This document shows, one piece after another, positions 1 to 12,097 of a stretch of DNA of 64,000 nucleotides. The position numbers were made by a program, and so were the translations under genes. The DNA is taken from positions 1 to 64,000 of the forward strand of contig CDMY01000027.1 in assembly GCA_001179505.1 (NCBI GenBank), written 5' to 3'. Each line of letters starts with the position of its first letter. Position 1 is the first letter of the stretch. The stretch comes from Vitrella brassicaformis CCMP3155 (lineage: Eukaryota > Protista > Chromerida). The notes beneath the pieces were generated by a model. The model was not told the origin of the DNA. It worked only from the letters and a program-made list of their open reading frames with translations, and searched no databases.

Positions 1-751
1 AGCTTCTGCGCCTCGTCGAAGCCCAGGCGCTGCGACACACACATGTACTAAGCATGAGCCGAGCCATCCACGGGCTGTGTCTGGTGTGCGAGGGATGATT
101 TGTTCTGTTTTGTCTGTGGTCTGCCTCGCTGCCTGTGTGGTGCGCATACCCTGGCTGGAAACGTCTTCATGCGACGTTTGCCGCTCTGGTCGTCAGTGAA
201 GTTGACACGCCACTCCTGCACACGACCACACCAGAACGGACAGAGTGAGTGATTGCCGTCACGTCTGTGTGTGTGTGTGTGTGTCGGATGGGTTACCTCT
301 CTGGGCGGCCAGTAGTAGACCCCCCGTATCTGCGAAGTGGGGCAGTCGGGGTTGGTGCCTCTGCTTGGTGCCTCTGCCACGCCATTCGCAGAGGCAGGGT
401 GCCGGTGCTGGTAGAGGCGGATGTGGGCGAGGGCCGTCCGTGCGTCGGTGAAGCGGACGGAGTCGTCCAGTGGCGATGGGTTGAGGAGCAGCATCTCCAG
501 AGAGCACACGGCGGCGAACAGGCCGCCATGCAGCAGAGAGTTGAAGCGCACGTCTAGGCTGGACACCTGAAGAGCAAGGGAGCCACGCATCCCATCGGTA
601 CGTGGACAGACACACTCTGTTGCGGCCCTCTCCTGACCTTATTGATGAGACTTCGGAAGGTGGCCACGTAGAGCACGGCGCCCTCATACAACGCCCTTTG
701 AATCTCCGCAGAGGAGTCGCTCTTGACATCCCCACCGATGCACCGCTCCAC
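1..751 (-). CDS. ApiAP2-family transcription factor, partial (runs off the left edge; start uncertain)
   Basis: Exons 751?-638, 566-297, 215-150 and 29-1 joined at GT-AG sites give GVYYWPPREEWRVNFTDDQSGKRRMKTFPARRLGFDEAQKL, which fits the apicomplexan AP2 pattern GVY..W....GK.....F....GF.EA..LA. Confidence 0.8.
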
Positions 752-1209
752 ACCATCCGCCCATACCGACCCGTCCCCTCAGCCAATCAGTCAGTCAGCC
801 AACTGGCCATCCATCACCCGTGAGATAAGCACATACACTCAAACAAACAACAACGGCCATCCGGTCAGTCGGTAGGCAGGCAGGGAGAAGAGAGGGAGGG
901 AGGGAGGGACAGAGAGGGAGAGAGAGTTCTAAAACAGATGGATAGCCCAACCCACCGACCAACCAACCAGCCAACCGAGCCACAACCCACCACCCCCCCG
1001 CCCATCCATCCATCCACCCACACAGCTCGCTACACATGATAAACACGACAAGACGCAGGTACAGACAGACGAAACAAATCACACAGGCTATGTACTGAAT
1101 ACAATAGGACTTGGCCTACGCTACCCTACCCTGCCCTACCCTACCCTACCCCCATCCCTCGTCAAATCGATTAGAAGGGCAGACCACCACAGACACTCGG
1201 ACAGACAGG

Positions 1210-1299
1210 CAGACGGACAGGCAGACGGACAGACAGACACTCGCCCAGCCCTCCCAGACGGACAGGCAGACGGACAGACAGACACTCGCCCAGCCCTCC
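1210..1299. repeat. 45-nt tandem duplication within a GACA/GGCA microsatellite-like tract
   Basis: cagacggacaggcagacggacagacagacactcgcccagccctcc occurs at 1210-1254 and 1255-1299. Confidence 0.85.
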
Positions 1300-1382
1300 C
1301 CCCTCCCCCCCCCTACGCAAGTGTCAAGTGAGGGTGAGGTGGGTGCTGCTCACAGCCGGGGCTGTGAGCAGCAGGCGAAATA

Positions 1383-3572
1383 TCACCCCCACCCCGACAC
1401 CTCCCCCAACATCACCCACCGGCTCGGCAGCCCGTGCTGCTGGGCCACGTGTGCAGGCAGCCACAGCAGCTCCTTCCAGGACCCCCAGCCGCACCCCTCG
1501 CGCACTACCCACCCTCCCTGGACCGCCACCTCGCCGTGGGGGGCGGTGAAGGTGAACTCCACCGCCTCCCACGCCACCCGCTCCCACTGCACACCCACCG
1601 GCTGGGCGGGAGGGGGGTACGTGGCCTTGGGCGACGGCGGCAGCGGCTTGCCCTTGGGCGGCATGGGGGTGCGGTGGTGGCTGGGCGGTATGGCGGCGGC
1701 GCCGTTGCCCTCCTCAAACACCTGGTACTCCCGCTGCCGCTCGCGCACCGTGCTTGCGGCGAGGCCGGGAGGGGTCGGGGGCGGCTGCCAGCCGGGCGGC
1801 AGCGGCAGCATGCGCGCGTTGGCGGCCTCCGCCGCGTCGTCCATGTCAAACTCGTTGGGCGAACGGTTGCGCTCTGATACATAGCATTGGAGCAAACACA
1901 GTGACAAAGCAAGTCGTTGCCCAATCGTGTGTATGTGTGTGTATCGGTGTGTGGGTCGTACCGTCTGTGGGAGGGCTCAGCCGCGACAGTGGCGTGCCGG
2001 GGAGGACGACCGGCGGAGGGCTGGGCGGCGGCGTCATCTCCTCGAGCCGCTGGCTGGCCATACGGGCGCAGTGGATCTCCCAGCTGGTGGGGGCGGGGCC
2101 GTGGCGTCGGGTGCGACGGGGCGGGGTGGGGGGCGGGGTCTCCGTGTCCTCGACCTCATACTGCAGCAGCTCGCCTGCACAGCCACACACATCAATCATG
2201 ACAAGAGCCGCATGGACATCACATTTATTTGCCTGTCTCCCCGAGTGAGTGTGTTGTGCCTGACCACTGTGGGTGCGGACGATCTCGATCATCCCGCCCT
2301 TCACGCGCAGCATCAGGTGGAGGGTCGACTCCTTCTGGATGTCGTAGTCCGACACCGTGCGGTCGTCCTCGAGCTGCTCGCCGGCGAAGATGAGGCGCTG
2401 CTCGTTGACCGGGATGCCCTCCTTGGCCTGGATCTTGGCCTTCACACTCTCGATGGTGTCCGAGTGCTCCACGTCCAACGTAATCGTCTTGCCTGCACAA
2501 CACACCAACACACGGACACCACACACATGTCTGTGGCCCTCTGCAGCGTGTGTGAGTGAGCGCGGCGCGGCTGACCACTTGGCGTCTTGACGAAGATCTG
2601 CATACCGCCCCTCACACGCAGCACCAGATGGAGGGTCGAATCCTGCACGCCAAGCGACAACAACCACAGACACACGTGTGGGTCACGAGGCCATCTCATG
2701 TGTGTCTCTGATTTGTGTGTGTGTGTGTGGCTGACCTTCTGGATGTTGTAGTCCGAGAGGGTGCGGCTGTCCTCGAGCTGCTTGCCGGCGAAGATGAGGC
2801 GCTGCTGGTCGGGGGGAATGCCCTCCTTGTCCTGAATCTTGGCCTTGACCTGCACACACGCCGCACACAGATCACAACACACGCGTGTACCAGTGGCTGT
2901 CTTGACGAAGATCTGCGTCCTGTCCTGCAGACGCATCACCAGGTGGAGTGCGCTCTCCTTCTGGATGTCGTAGTGCGACAGGGGGCGGCTGTCCTCGAGC
3001 TGCCTGCCGTTGTAGAAGAGGCGCTGCTGGTCGGTGGGTATGCCCTCCTTGTCCTGGATCTCGGCCTTGACAGTCTCGATGGTATCCGTGGGCTCCACGT
3101 CCAGCGTGATGGTCTTGCCTGCAGGCCAACACACCCACACCCATGGGTATCACTGCAGGATGGCCACCTGACGTGTGTTGCCCGACGTACCAGTGAGTGG
3201 TTCGTACACGTAGATGTGCATTCGCTTCAGGCGCATCATCAGGTGCAGTGTGTTCCCTTCATCGATGTGGTAGTCCGTCATGGTGTGGCCGTCCTCGAGC
3301 TGGTTGCCGGCGAAGATCAGACGCTGCTGGTCGGGTGGGATGCCCTCCCTCTCCTGAATCTTGGCCTTGACACTCCCCACGGTGTCCATCCCCTCCACGT
3401 CCAACGTAATCGTCCTGCCTGCACCACAGCACACAACGAACCAGGTGCCAATGCATCCAACTCATCCGGATGGTCATTTTGCATTGGCCATTTCCCCCCT
3501 TCAGCGGGCATACATCGTGTCTCAGACCCTCCCGGCCCTGGTACCTGTGGCGGTCTTAATGAAGACCAACAT
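1383..3572 (-). CDS. Degenerate poly-ubiquitin-like protein (4 UBL units) with a Pro-rich/acidic C-terminal extension (UBL gene A)
   Basis: Exons 3572-3545 ([10 protein letters not shown]), 3418-3191, 3118-2891, 2849-2736, 2642-2576, 2492-2265, 2174-1962, 1873-1383. Ubiquitin motifs include [36 protein letters not shown] and ESTLHL. Units 3 and 4 end RVRGG and RVKGG. There is one splice-phase mismatch at 2891/2849. Confidence 0.8.
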
Positions 3573-4134
3573 GCTCTTGCTGCTGTCAGCTCTGCTGCTG
3601 CTCTGCTCTCTCTCTCTCTCGGTCTTTTGGTCTTTTGCCCTTCTTCCCCTCGAAATGCGAGCTTTCTGGCTTGAAGCTCGCAGTTGAAGGAAGGGCGCGA
3701 ATCGCCTTCTAGGAGCTGAGGCACCGCTTATGTGGCCTTTGCGACGTCGAAGGTGCGAAAACACTGAAATGCAGCGACTGTGATGATTCATCTTGCCAGT
3801 CATCATCTGATCTGCGCTGTGGTGTATGTGGCAGATCTCACCAATGCAGCATTGCGATGCCATCGACACACACGGAGTGAAGACGGTCAGACACCGATGG
3901 CGCACTTACAGAGAAGGAGAGGCCTGAGGGATGATTTCACCTCCTCTGTTCGTGTGTGTCTGCAGAATTGGTCTGCAGCTCCCACGGTTGACGTGTGCGG
4001 CGCTGATAGATTGGCTCATTCTCCCATCGGTTGATTAATTTGCTTGTCGGGCAGTCGCCGCCCTCTCACCGGTAAGCACATGCGCGCGCGAGATCACAGG
4101 CGAGATCACAGACGGGCGAACTACACTCATTGCC

Positions 4135-6357
4135 ATGGTGTGTGTGGTGGTCTTCAGGCGTCGTGTGGGCTGCCTTGAGGCCAGCGGGCGGCAGTATGAG
4201 CAGCACATCGGCATCAGCTGCTGCAGGTGGGCTGACTCACTGAGAGAGGGAGGGGAGGGCTCACGTGTGTATGGTGTGGTTTGTGTTGGCCAGGTGGTGG
4301 TGGAGGTACCGGTGTGTCAATATTCATCAATCATAGCGTGATGCAAAGTAATACGCACTCGGTAAGCCATGATGCAGACTCACAACAGGCGATGACCGTG
4401 ATTGTCATCTGTCTCTCATTACGATGTGTGTATGTGTGCCTTTGCAGAGGTTCCGTGCGGTGGTGAAGCAGCTGAAGCACGCGCGCGATCAGGTAGGTGG
4501 CTCGAGTGGCTGCACTGGCAGATGAGAGCACCTGTGTGGCAGGGAGGGAGGTGGTGGGCTGTCGTGTGACATGTGTGTCGTGTGTATCCTGTATGGTGTG
4601 TGCGGTGTGCGCAGGCGACTGGCACGATCGACTACATCGCTGCGAAGGTCAGTGAGTCAACACGTCCGTTGCACAATGAATGAGTGAATGAGTGATTCTT
4701 TTGGTTGATCTGGTCTGTGGTCTGTGTGCAGGGTTCTGTTGCTGAGAGTCGTCTGGCGATGCTCGAGAGCGCCACTTCAGACCTCTGCAGAGCCCTTGGC
4801 CGACTGAATGCAGTAGCACTGGTGCGTTTTACACAGATACGTCCACGCAGCCATCGTCTGTCGACTGATGAATGGTGTGTTATAGCTGGAGGGCCATTCC
4901 AAGACCTTCAAGCTCATCCGTCGCGCCGCCAACGAGAAGACCACCAAAACCACCAACACCACCAGCTGGGGGGCATGGGGGGGATGGGGGGGATGGGGGG
5001 AGGGGTGGGTCGACACGTCATGCATGTTCCTGCTCACTTTCCCCTCCCTCAAGAAGAAGGTACGGCAGCGGCACCTCGGTCGCCATGACGGCCAATGTGT
5101 GTGGTGTGTGATGTGTGTGTGCAGGTTGAGGTGAATTCGAAGCGCCGCCGTGTTGACGCGCCGCCCGCAGAGCCGTCTGGTGCTGTCGACCCGCCCGAGC
5201 TGCCCGACCTGCCCACCGATGTCATGGGCGGCACCCTGCTGCCCTTCATCAACGGCCACCATGACGACGCCGCCACCCTCACCCCACAGCACACGATCGC
5301 CCTCTGCCGCACATCCGAGGCGGTCAGCGGCGCCGTCGAGGCCGACCTGGTCGCCAACATCGACAGCATCATCCGCCGCAACGGCCTCACTGGCGTCATC
5401 GGCTACACCCAACTGCGCCAGTCGACCGGCGTCCGTCGGCCATTCCGGCTGATCCGGCTGCACTACCTGATGGTGACGGGGGGCGACTGGCGGGGCAACG
5501 TGCCGGTGCTGCGGCTGGCCAATAGCTGCAGGAAGATCCAGCACCTGCCCATCGAGCTGACCAATGACGACCTGCAGCAGGTGGGCAGCAATGCCGTCAT
5601 CGACAGCCGCCCGCCCAGCATCCGCCAGTACGCCCTCTTCAGCCACCGACTGGGCGAGAGGATGCACCTGACGCGCGATGCCTTCGGGCGGGACAGGCTG
5701 GGCGGGGGTGTGGTGGTGGTGTACACCGAACAGACGGTGCCGGACAGGTATCGAGATCAATCCGATGCGGCCGATCACCCGTGCCGACGTGAGAGAGGGA
5801 GGGCCAAGCACAATGAAGTGGGGCAACTTGACATGGATGGTGTCTGCCGCTGTGTTTGCTTGTGTCTGCAGGCTATGGTTTCGACTACGGCAGCTTCAGA
5901 GGACTGATCATCAAGGAGTATACAGCGTCAAATTTGAGAAGAAAGAACACCAATGTGTCGTGTGCGCTGCGTTTCCCCTCCTTGCTCTTTCAGGTTGGCA
6001 GAGTGGTCGTCGCGTTTGGTGTCGCATCGGGCCTGAAGTCCGTCCTCTGCCGAGTATCGTCGCATCTGTGCCCTGGTCGACCAGGAGCCGCCCCTGGGGG
6101 ACGGCTGCCGCACCATCGGCTACCACGACCTCAGCTCCTCACGCCGACTCGTCATACTCTGTGGCGAGGAGGATGGCGACGACTTCGCGGCATACATCGG
6201 AATGAGAAAGTGGCCTGATGAGTCGGCATACATCGCCCTCCGCACCACTGGGGCGCCCCAGCAGATCGGCGATGGTCCTGCTGTCTTCCCCCAGAAGGTG
6301 GCCATGGCCCGCAACACCATGGACCGCCCCTCCCTGGAGCTGCTGCCAAACATCTGA
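4135..6357 (+). CDS. Hypothetical protein (coiled-coil N-terminus, DLPTDVMGGTLLPF-containing region); probable frameshift near 6045, possibly a pseudogene
   Basis: Phase-compatible small exons (FRAVVKQLKHARDQ, ATGTIDYIAAK, GSVAESRLAMLE...), a long exon ~5124-5788, then exon 5872 (RYGFDYGSFRGLII) and a last frame ending VFPQKVAMARNTMDRPSLELLPNI* at 6357. Coding-like codon usage. No named domain recognised. Confidence 0.6.
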
Positions 6358-6855
6358 CAGTACGCGTCAGGTGCGCACACGACACATGAAGGAAGAGGGT
6401 ATCGGTGAAATCTGTCCACGTCTGCAGCTGTCGGGGTGGCGTCGACGTGACTGAGGTGGACTTGGACGGCGGCACACACGAAGACATCGGAAGTAGCTGA
6501 CGTGCAGTGGGGCGGCAAGAGGGGTGTCTGCTAAATACCTGCCTTCTTTCTTGCTCATGTGTCCATGTGGTGCGTTTACTTCTGTGTTTGCATGGGACAT
6601 GCGCGCATGCACTAGTGGGTGAGCTGCCGGATTGCCCCTGTGCATGAGCATGCTCTGAATCGATGACACACGGCAAATGTCCATCTGAGTCTGTCGGTCT
6701 CTGTCATCATCACGACACCATCATATCACGACACCATCATGATAGACACCACCATCCGTCCGTCTGTCTACAAGCCTGCCAGAGGCTGCACACTGCACAT
6801 ACATCCCTCAACCACCGCCACCCCTCTCTCGCACACAAGAGTCTGTAAGTGCGCA

Positions 6856-7145
6856 TCATTGTTGAGCAGACAGAAGGACATCTACACAAGCCAGTCCGAG
6901 CGACACCGCAAGAAACACGCACACCGCCTCTCTCCCTCTCAATGGTTTACTTTTCCAACGAGCCGACATCAGACGAACCACCAGATATAAAATGTAGGCA
7001 GCGATGCCCACTCTCTGCACCTTCCCCACCTGCACCGTGACACACACTCAGCCGCATGGCAATATGTCCCGTCAGGGGCCATGCACCGTGTCTCAGACCC
7101 CCTCCCCGCCCTCATACCCGTGGCGGTCTTGATGAAGATGAGCAT
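6856..7145 (-). pseudogene. Orphan duplicate of the UBL first exon (MLIFIKTATG) with adjacent intron and a degenerate downstream exon
   Basis: Exon 7145-7118 followed by GTATGA matches 3572-3545 and ~9840-9810. The following intron (GGGTCTGAGACAC..TGCATGGCC) and the segment at 6990-7022 match ~9660-9810. Splicing it gives an early stop. Confidence 0.6.
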
Positions 7146-7519
7146 CGTGTTCAAACGGTCCCTTGGCTGAACACGATATCGAGTATATCGAATACACGTA
7201 GTGGCCTCCACTCCTCAGCGACAGCGGTTTTTCTCCCTCCTCTCTCTGCGGTTTGGCTTCAAGCTCGCAACCTTTCGGAGGGGCTGAGGAACCGGTCTCC
7301 AGCTATAACGAATGAACCGTCATGTGTCTCCCTGCGCACTGCTCCTGCCTCTTGCTCTGCTCGCTCCTGCGCTTACTGTGGGCGGAGCAAAGGGACGAAA
7401 TCTCTTTCTTTTCGCCTCTGCTCTCTCTCTCTCTCTCTGCCAGGCTGCACCTGCTGCGTCGGATGTCAGCGGATGAACGGGCTGCCCCACAAGAGTGCGG
7501 TCGTCCCCAAGTTAATCAC

Positions 7520-8800
7520 CCGCTCCAATGCATAATCAGCAGAGAAGAATCCCACTGATATAAAATGTAGTCAGCGATGACTCCTGAGAGACAGAAAGGA
7601 AACCGGTCATGCCTCTGTCTCTATGGATTGATCTGTTTCCATCTGCTGCTCACCCGCGCCACATCCAACGTGATGGTCTTGCCTGCACACACAACAACAC
7701 ACACGCAATCGTCATGTGCCCCTTTCTCATGTGTGTGGTCTGTGTGTGACGTGTGTACCAGTGGCTGTCTTGACGAAGATCTGCATGCTGTCCTGCAGAC
7801 GCAGCACGATGGAGTAGTCCGACAAAGGGCGGCTGTCCTTCAGCTGCATCCTCGCGAAGAGCAAACGCTGCTGGTCGGGGGAAATGCCTTCCTTCTCCTG
7901 TATCTTGGCCTTGACCTGTTGACACACAGAGAGCACACGAACGAGTGGGTCGATGAGTGTGTGCTGTGGTGTGGTGTGGTGCTGGTGGGTCGCATGACGT
8001 ACACTGGCGATGGTGTCAGTGGGGTCTACATTCAACGTAATCGTCTTGCCTGCACAACAACGCACCCACACCTCGAACTGCTCGTAGTGCCGCTGCCGCT
8101 CGCGGTCGCATATCGCAGCGAGTCCGGGAGGGGTTGGGGGCGGCTGCCAGCCGGGCGGCTCCCAGCCGGGCGGCAGCGGCAGCATGCGGGCGTTGGCGGC
8201 CTCCGCGGCATCGTCCATGTCGAACTCATTCGGCGAGCGGTTGCGCTCTGATGTCATTGAAGCAGACACAGTGACAAAGCAAGTCGTTGCCCAATCGTGT
8301 GTATGTGTCTGTATCGGTGTGTGTGGGTCGTACGGCTGGTGGGCGGGCTGAGGCGCAGCGGGCTGCCGGGCACCACACGTGGCGGGGGGCTGGGTGGCGG
8401 CGTCTCCTGGAGCCTCAGCCTCGCTAGCCACTCGGAGCGCGTCATGCGGCGGTTGGCGGGGCTGTGGCGGGGCGGTGTGGCGGGCGGGGTGTCCTCGACC
8501 TCGAAATCCAGCAGCTGGCCTGCACAGCCACACACATCAATCATGACAAGAGCCGTATGGACACCACATTTCTTTGCCTGTCTCCCCGAGTGAGTGTGTT
8601 GTGCCTGACCGCTGTGGGTGCGGACGACCATGATCGTCGCTGCACATAATGCGAGTGCATCTGCTCGAAGGTTGAGCCAAACGGGGCGGGGGGAGGGATG
8701 GGCATGCCGTCGTCGAACTCGTCCTCGCTGATGTCGGGGCGCCCTGACAAAGAGGGAACGCACACAGACCATTTATCTCCCGCGTGTGCGAGCGAGTGCT
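7520..8800 (-). pseudogene. Rearranged paralog of the 3' half of UBL gene A fused to further UBL exons
   Basis: ~8640-8070 closely resembles ~2270-1750 including introns (VRTHSG|[11 protein letters not shown]...|[29 protein letters not shown]). It continues into [16 protein letters not shown]|[10 protein letters not shown]... with an 8-codon deletion ([12 protein letters not shown]) and a truncated GKTITLDV exon. Confidence 0.6.
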
Positions 8801-11650
8801 CACCCGCTCCCATGCATCCGAGTCGCCAGCAGAGAACAATCCTTCAGATATGAAATGAAGTCAGCGATGTCTCCCTCCTGAGAAAGAAAAAAAGGAGGAG
8901 AGACAGAAAGGAAACCAAGGAAACCTCTGTCTCTTCGTATCTCTACCCGTCTTCATCGGCGGCACGGCGGCTGGGAGGAATGGCGGCGGGGCCGGCTCCC
9001 TCGTCAAAGATGGCGGCGTGGTACTCCCTCAGCCGCTGCAGGTAGTGGGCCTTCATTTCCTCCGGGCTCAAGCCGAAGGGGGCCGGGGGCGGAATCGGCA
9101 TCCCATCGTCGAAATCGTCCTCGGTGAGGACGGGGCGGACTGACAAAGAGGGAACACACACACACACCAGACCATTGCCAGCTGTGTCCTGTGTCCTGTG
9201 TGTGAGTGTGTGTCTGGGCCTTACCTATGGCGGGCGACAGGTTGAGCCAGGAGGCCGGTGTGGATGGTGGCGGCGTCTGGGGCCTGCTCTCCACTGCACA
9301 CACCACACAAGAAGGAACACGTGCAGACGTGTGTGAGGGTAGGTGGTTCTTCGTCACGCGTGTGTGATTCGTGTGGGTCTGACCGTGAGTGCTGGTCGCG
9401 CGCCCCCTGCCAACCCCTGGCTGAGTCGTCGTCATCGGCTCGTCCAGACGCAGCACCAGATGCAGTTTGCTGTCCTTCTTGATCTTATAGTCCGACAGAA
9501 ATCGATAGATATAGGCTGCAGGTAGCGATGACTCCTGAGAGAGACGAGAAGCAGAAAGAAAACCAAAGTGTCTCTCTTTCTCTGTCTGTCTCCCATCTGC
9601 TGCTCACCCGTCTTAACGTTCGACAGATTCCATCCATACGCACCAGTCAAGCAGGGGACCATCGGATATGAAATGTAGGCAACGATGCCCACCCTCCTCT
9701 GCACCTCCGCCCCCTGCACCACAACACACAATGAACCACATGCCAACGCATCCAATCCCCCCCCAGCGGCCATGCACTGTGTCTCAGACCCTCTCCCCTC
9801 CATCATACCCGTCGCGGTCTTGACAGAGACCCGCATGGTCCTCACGTGAGTGCTCTTGTGCTGTGCTGCTGGTGGCGGTGGGAGGGGCTTGCCCCTCGGC
9901 GGCATGGAGGTGCGGTGGTGGCTTGGTGGGATTGGGGCGGGGCCGGCTCCTTCGTCGAAGATGGCGGCGTGGTACTCGTTGAGCCGCTGCAGGTAGTGCT
10001 CCTGCTGTACATCCTCGAGGCTCAAACCAAACGGTGCGGGGGGCGGGATGGGCATCCCATCGTCGAAATCGTCCTCGTTGAGGACGGGGCGGCCTGACAA
10101 AGAGGGAACACACACACACCAGACCATTGCCAGCTGTGTCCTGTCCTGTGTGTGAGCGTGTGTCTGGGCCTTACCTGTGGGCGACAGGTTGAGCCAGGAG
10201 GCCGGTGTGTGTGGTGGCGGCGTCTGGGGCCTGCTCTCCACTGCACATACCACACAAGAAGGAACACGTGCAGACGTGTGTGAGGGTAGGGGGCTCTTCG
10301 TCACGTGTGTGTGATCCGTGTGGGTCTGACCGTGAGTGCTGCTCCGCCCCATTCCCACCCCTGGCTGTGTCGGCCCCATCGGCTCGTCCAGACGCAGCTT
10401 CAGGTGCAGGGTCGACTCCGTCTTGATCTTGTAGTCCGACAAGGTGCGTCCATCCTTGAGTGGCTTGTCTGTACCACACACACACACAGAGAGACACAGA
10501 CACAGACACACGTGTGCCAAAATGTCAGGGAGATGTGTGTGCGGTGTCTGCGGTAGGTGCGTACCACAGTAGATGAGGCACGTCTGGTAGGGCGATGGGC
10601 CCTCCTTGTCCTGGATCTTGGCCTTGACCTTCTCGATGGTGTCAAGGGGCTCCACATCCAACGTAATGGTCCGGCCTGCACCATAGCACACCACACCACA
10701 CAGATAGATGTGCGTGTGTGCAAGTCCGGCTGGCCACCTCACGTGTGTTGTCCGACGTACCAGTGATGGTGACAACGAAGATCTGCATGCCTTTTTTCCA
10801 ACGCATCCCGAGGTGGAGGGTCGACTCCTTCTGGATGTTGTAGTCCGATAGGGTGCGGTCGTCCTCCAACTCCCTGCCTGCACACACACAGAGAGAACCT
10901 GCAACACACGTGTGTGATTCGTGTGGGTCTGACCTGAGTCATCCCTCACTCCGACACCCGGCTGCAACGTGTTGGTCGGGCCTGCACACACCACAACACA
11001 CCAGGTGAGCGACACCTGAGTTGTTCCTTTCTGTGTACGAGACTGTGTGTGGCTTCTGTGTGTCATACCTGCCAGGGGCCGCAGCAGGTGCAGTGTGCTC
11101 TCCCTCCTGATCTGCGGCCGTCCTTCAACTCCTTGTCTGCACCACACACGCATACGCAGACAAGCGACAAAATGTCAGGGAGATGTGTGTGCGGTGTCTG
11201 CGGTAGGTGCGTACCAAAGTAGATGAGGTGCTGCTGGTATGGCGAGCTGCACGTGACGGGTGTCATATTGTCGGGTGTGTGCGGTGGGGGCGTACCTGCT
11301 GCAGAGACGAGCCGCTGCACGTCGGCGAAGATGCCCTCCTTGTCCTGGATCTTCTTGCCCTTGACGCTGTTGATGGCCTCGGTGAACTGCACACTCCAAC
11401 GCAATGGTCTTGACTGTATCGCAACACAAATGAATGGTTCAACAGGGCTTTTCTTCTCGTGGCGAGATGATGTCTTGAATGCCCCGCCTCCGAAGGGCGT
11501 CACGGTCCCTAGCGCATTGAGTCGGAATTGCCATTCCCCGCTGTCCTCCGAGGGCTGAGCACACGAAAACGACGGAACGATTGTGGCCTGTACTGTCGTA
11601 AACAGGCTCTGGGACTCACCTGAGTGGTATCCAAGTGCCATGCGGCTCAT
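8800..11650 (-). pseudogene. Mosaic UBL / acidic-proline module gene with frameshifts (gene or pseudogene)
   Basis: UBL half-exons [49 protein letters not shown] and [23 protein letters not shown], plus two copies of [17 protein letters not shown] and [24 protein letters not shown]. A 1-nt frameshift sits near 11393 (KTIALE-t-VQFTEAINSVK) and a frame-breaking deletion near 11115. A candidate first exon MSRMALGYHSG|GTGAGT starts at 11650. Confidence 0.6.
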
Positions 11651-12097
11651 GCCGACTTTAAGGCGTGCGAAGAAGGCACTTCACGGCAAAGGGAGGTGGC
11701 GTTTCTATCTGCGGAGAAGAAGAAAACAGAGGGCTTTCGCCTCTTCACAGATTTCGCGTCTTCCCTTCTTGCCCACTTCCACCAGCGGGAGCCTGACAGT
11801 GTCTTCTTCCAGGGTAACCACGACAGAAGGAACCCATGGCAGGCGGCTCTCGTGCAGCACGCCAAAGCAATTGCAGCGGGGTGGAGAAGCGCCGCCATGA
11901 AAGGCGTGTGGAGGAAGAAGGCCGAGAGAGGGAAGAGGGCGCCTGGCAGGCACGAAAATGGGACAAACAGGGGCGTGGCGAGGCGAAAAGCGTCTTTGCG
12001 GAGCGAGACGCGCGAAGGGCGTCTCTGGGGGTGAATTCTCGACGGAAAATCTCGACTTCTTTTGCGAGCTTCTTTTTCTTGAGACCTCGTGAAGAAA

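Noticed and set aside
4777-5826. 349-aa minus-strand ORF (likewise 24655-25764 plus and 2715-3674 plus)
   Set aside because: These are antisense shadows of GC-rich coding exons; splice signals and homology support the opposite strand.
6030-6040. In-frame TGA as selenocysteine
   Set aside because: The codon aligns with no redox motif, I saw no SECIS-like element downstream, and a frameshift explains it more simply.
1383-11650. Regularly recurring sequence blocks as a CRISPR-like or repeat-spacer array
   Set aside because: The repeats are ubiquitin-coding exons with flanking introns, of variable length and spacing, with no constant short repeat and no cas-like genes.
11624-12034. 136-aa plus-strand ORF between the UBL array and the peptidase
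   Set aside because: It looks slightly coding-like but has no recognisable motif or splice support, and it overlaps the presumed divergent promoter.
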